Assembly (NCBI RefSeq): GCF_963921235.1
Contig: NC_086097.1
Coordinates: 125,180,001-125,244,000, forward strand
DNA length: 64,000 nt
Direction: 5' to 3'
Origin: Mobula hypostoma
Taxonomy: Eukaryota
Both the position numbers and the translations under genes were made by a program. Of this stretch, positions 62,954-64,000 are shown piece by piece. The notes below the pieces were generated by a model. That model saw nothing but the letters and a program-made list of their open reading frames with translations, searched no databases and was not told the origin of the DNA. The first letter of the stretch is position 1. Every line of letters starts with the position of its first letter.

Positions 62954-63368
62954 AAATTGCCTCACGTCATCTGATAATCAGAGCAACCTGGAGGTTCAAG
63001 ATAATCGGGTGCAAGTTCTGAAGTCCCTCCCAGTGAATCTGTCGTTGCACCCAGAGCACGTGGACGTTTCAAAGAGAGAGAATTATGGTGCGAGTCTGGC
63101 TGAGAACATGCCCGTGTCAGTGGCAGGAGTGGCTGTGGTCAGCATCAAGACAGAGAGTTACCCAACCAGCTACCCGGGAGCAGCGAACCCCAACGTGCAC
63201 TACAGTAGAGCTGAGAGCGACGAACAGAGAGGGGTGATTTTTGAACAGAGCCTCAGCAGCAACCAATATGAAGTGCTCACCGTTACACACACCAACTACC
63301 TCAAGGATGACCAGCGAAGCACACCTGACAGCAGCTACAGTGAATCTTTCAAGGAAGGAGCTGCTGAA
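62954..63368 (+). CDS. grhl2: grhl2 coding exon 4
   Basis: tcttattag|A AAT TGC...GCT GAA|gtgagt, 415 nt, encoding NCLTSSDNQSNLEVQDNRVQVLKSLPVNLSL...YLKDDQRSTPDSSYSESFKEGAAE. KDDQRSTPDS.YSESFK and PVNLSL are GRHL2-type. Cumulative CDS is 693 nt (phase 0). Confidence 0.95.
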
Positions 63369-63626
63369 GTGAGTTCTAATTTATTTACTTTTATTTAGAG
63401 ATGCAGCACGGTAACAGGACCTTCTGGCCCAATGAGCCCGCAATACCGAATTACGTCAAGTCAGAATGAGAATCAGGTGTATTGTCACAGACATACGTCA
63501 TGAAATTTATTGTTTTGCAGCAGCAGTACAGGGCAATATATTAAAATATGCTGTAACTTATTAGAAATATATACTGTATTATATATTATATATTTTATAT
63601 AAGTCACAGAATATTTTATGTATTTA

Positions 63627-64000
63627 CACTCAGTGGCCGCTCTATTTCATACACCTACACACCTGCTCATTAATGCAAATATCTAGTCAGCCAATCATGT
63701 GGCAGCAACTCAATGCATAAAAGCATGCAGACATGGTCAAGAGGTTCAGTTGCTTTTCAGACCAAAATTCAGAATGGGGAAGAAATGTGATCAAAGTGGC
63801 TGACTGTGGAATAACTGTTGGGTGGTTTGAGCATCTCAGAAACTGCTGAGCTCCTGGGATTTTCATGCACAACAGTCTCTAGAGTTTACAGAGAGTGATG
63901 TGAAAAACATAAAATATCCAGTTGAGCAGCAGTTCTGTGGGCAAAAAACACCTTCTTAGTGAGAGAAGTTAGAGGAAAATGGCCAGACTGGTTGAAACTG
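63627..64000 (+). mobile_element. Non-autonomous Tc1-like element, copy 5 (runs off the window)
   Basis: Starts acactcagtggccgc, with the same internal sequence as copies 1-4. Confidence 0.85.

Noticed and set aside
45149..63368. Assignment as grhl1 or grhl3
   Set aside because: The MSQE.D start, KSYLENP, DQEKRNCL, PVNLSL and KDDQRSTPDS favour grhl2. A phylogeny would be needed for final proof.

Overview
This is eukaryotic, repeat-rich vertebrate DNA. The mix of V-SINE/HE1-like SINEs, CR1, Rex1/Babar, Penelope and Tc1 elements suggests a cartilaginous fish, probably a ray (inference). The one host gene is the 5' part of grainyhead-like 2 (grhl2) on the + strand: a CpG-rich promoter (~12.0-13.3 kb) and coding exons 1-4 at 12749-12768, 45149-45338, 45438-45505 and 62954-63368. 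These join in frame to 231 codons, and the gene runs past the window end. Almost all other tracked ORFs are TE debris. The most notable features are: (1) a near-intact Neptune-type Penelope retroelement with an intact minimal hammerhead-ribozyme motif, plus about a dozen decayed copies of the motif; (2) a nested LINE/fold-back Tc1/solo-LTR/Penelope cluster in intron 1; (3) a dense cluster of ZEB-type and GRHL-type sites at the grhl2 promoter; (4) solo LTRs carrying repeated sense-strand splice donors; and (5) a ~1 kb segment I cannot explain. No database search was possible, so family names come from motifs recognised by eye.
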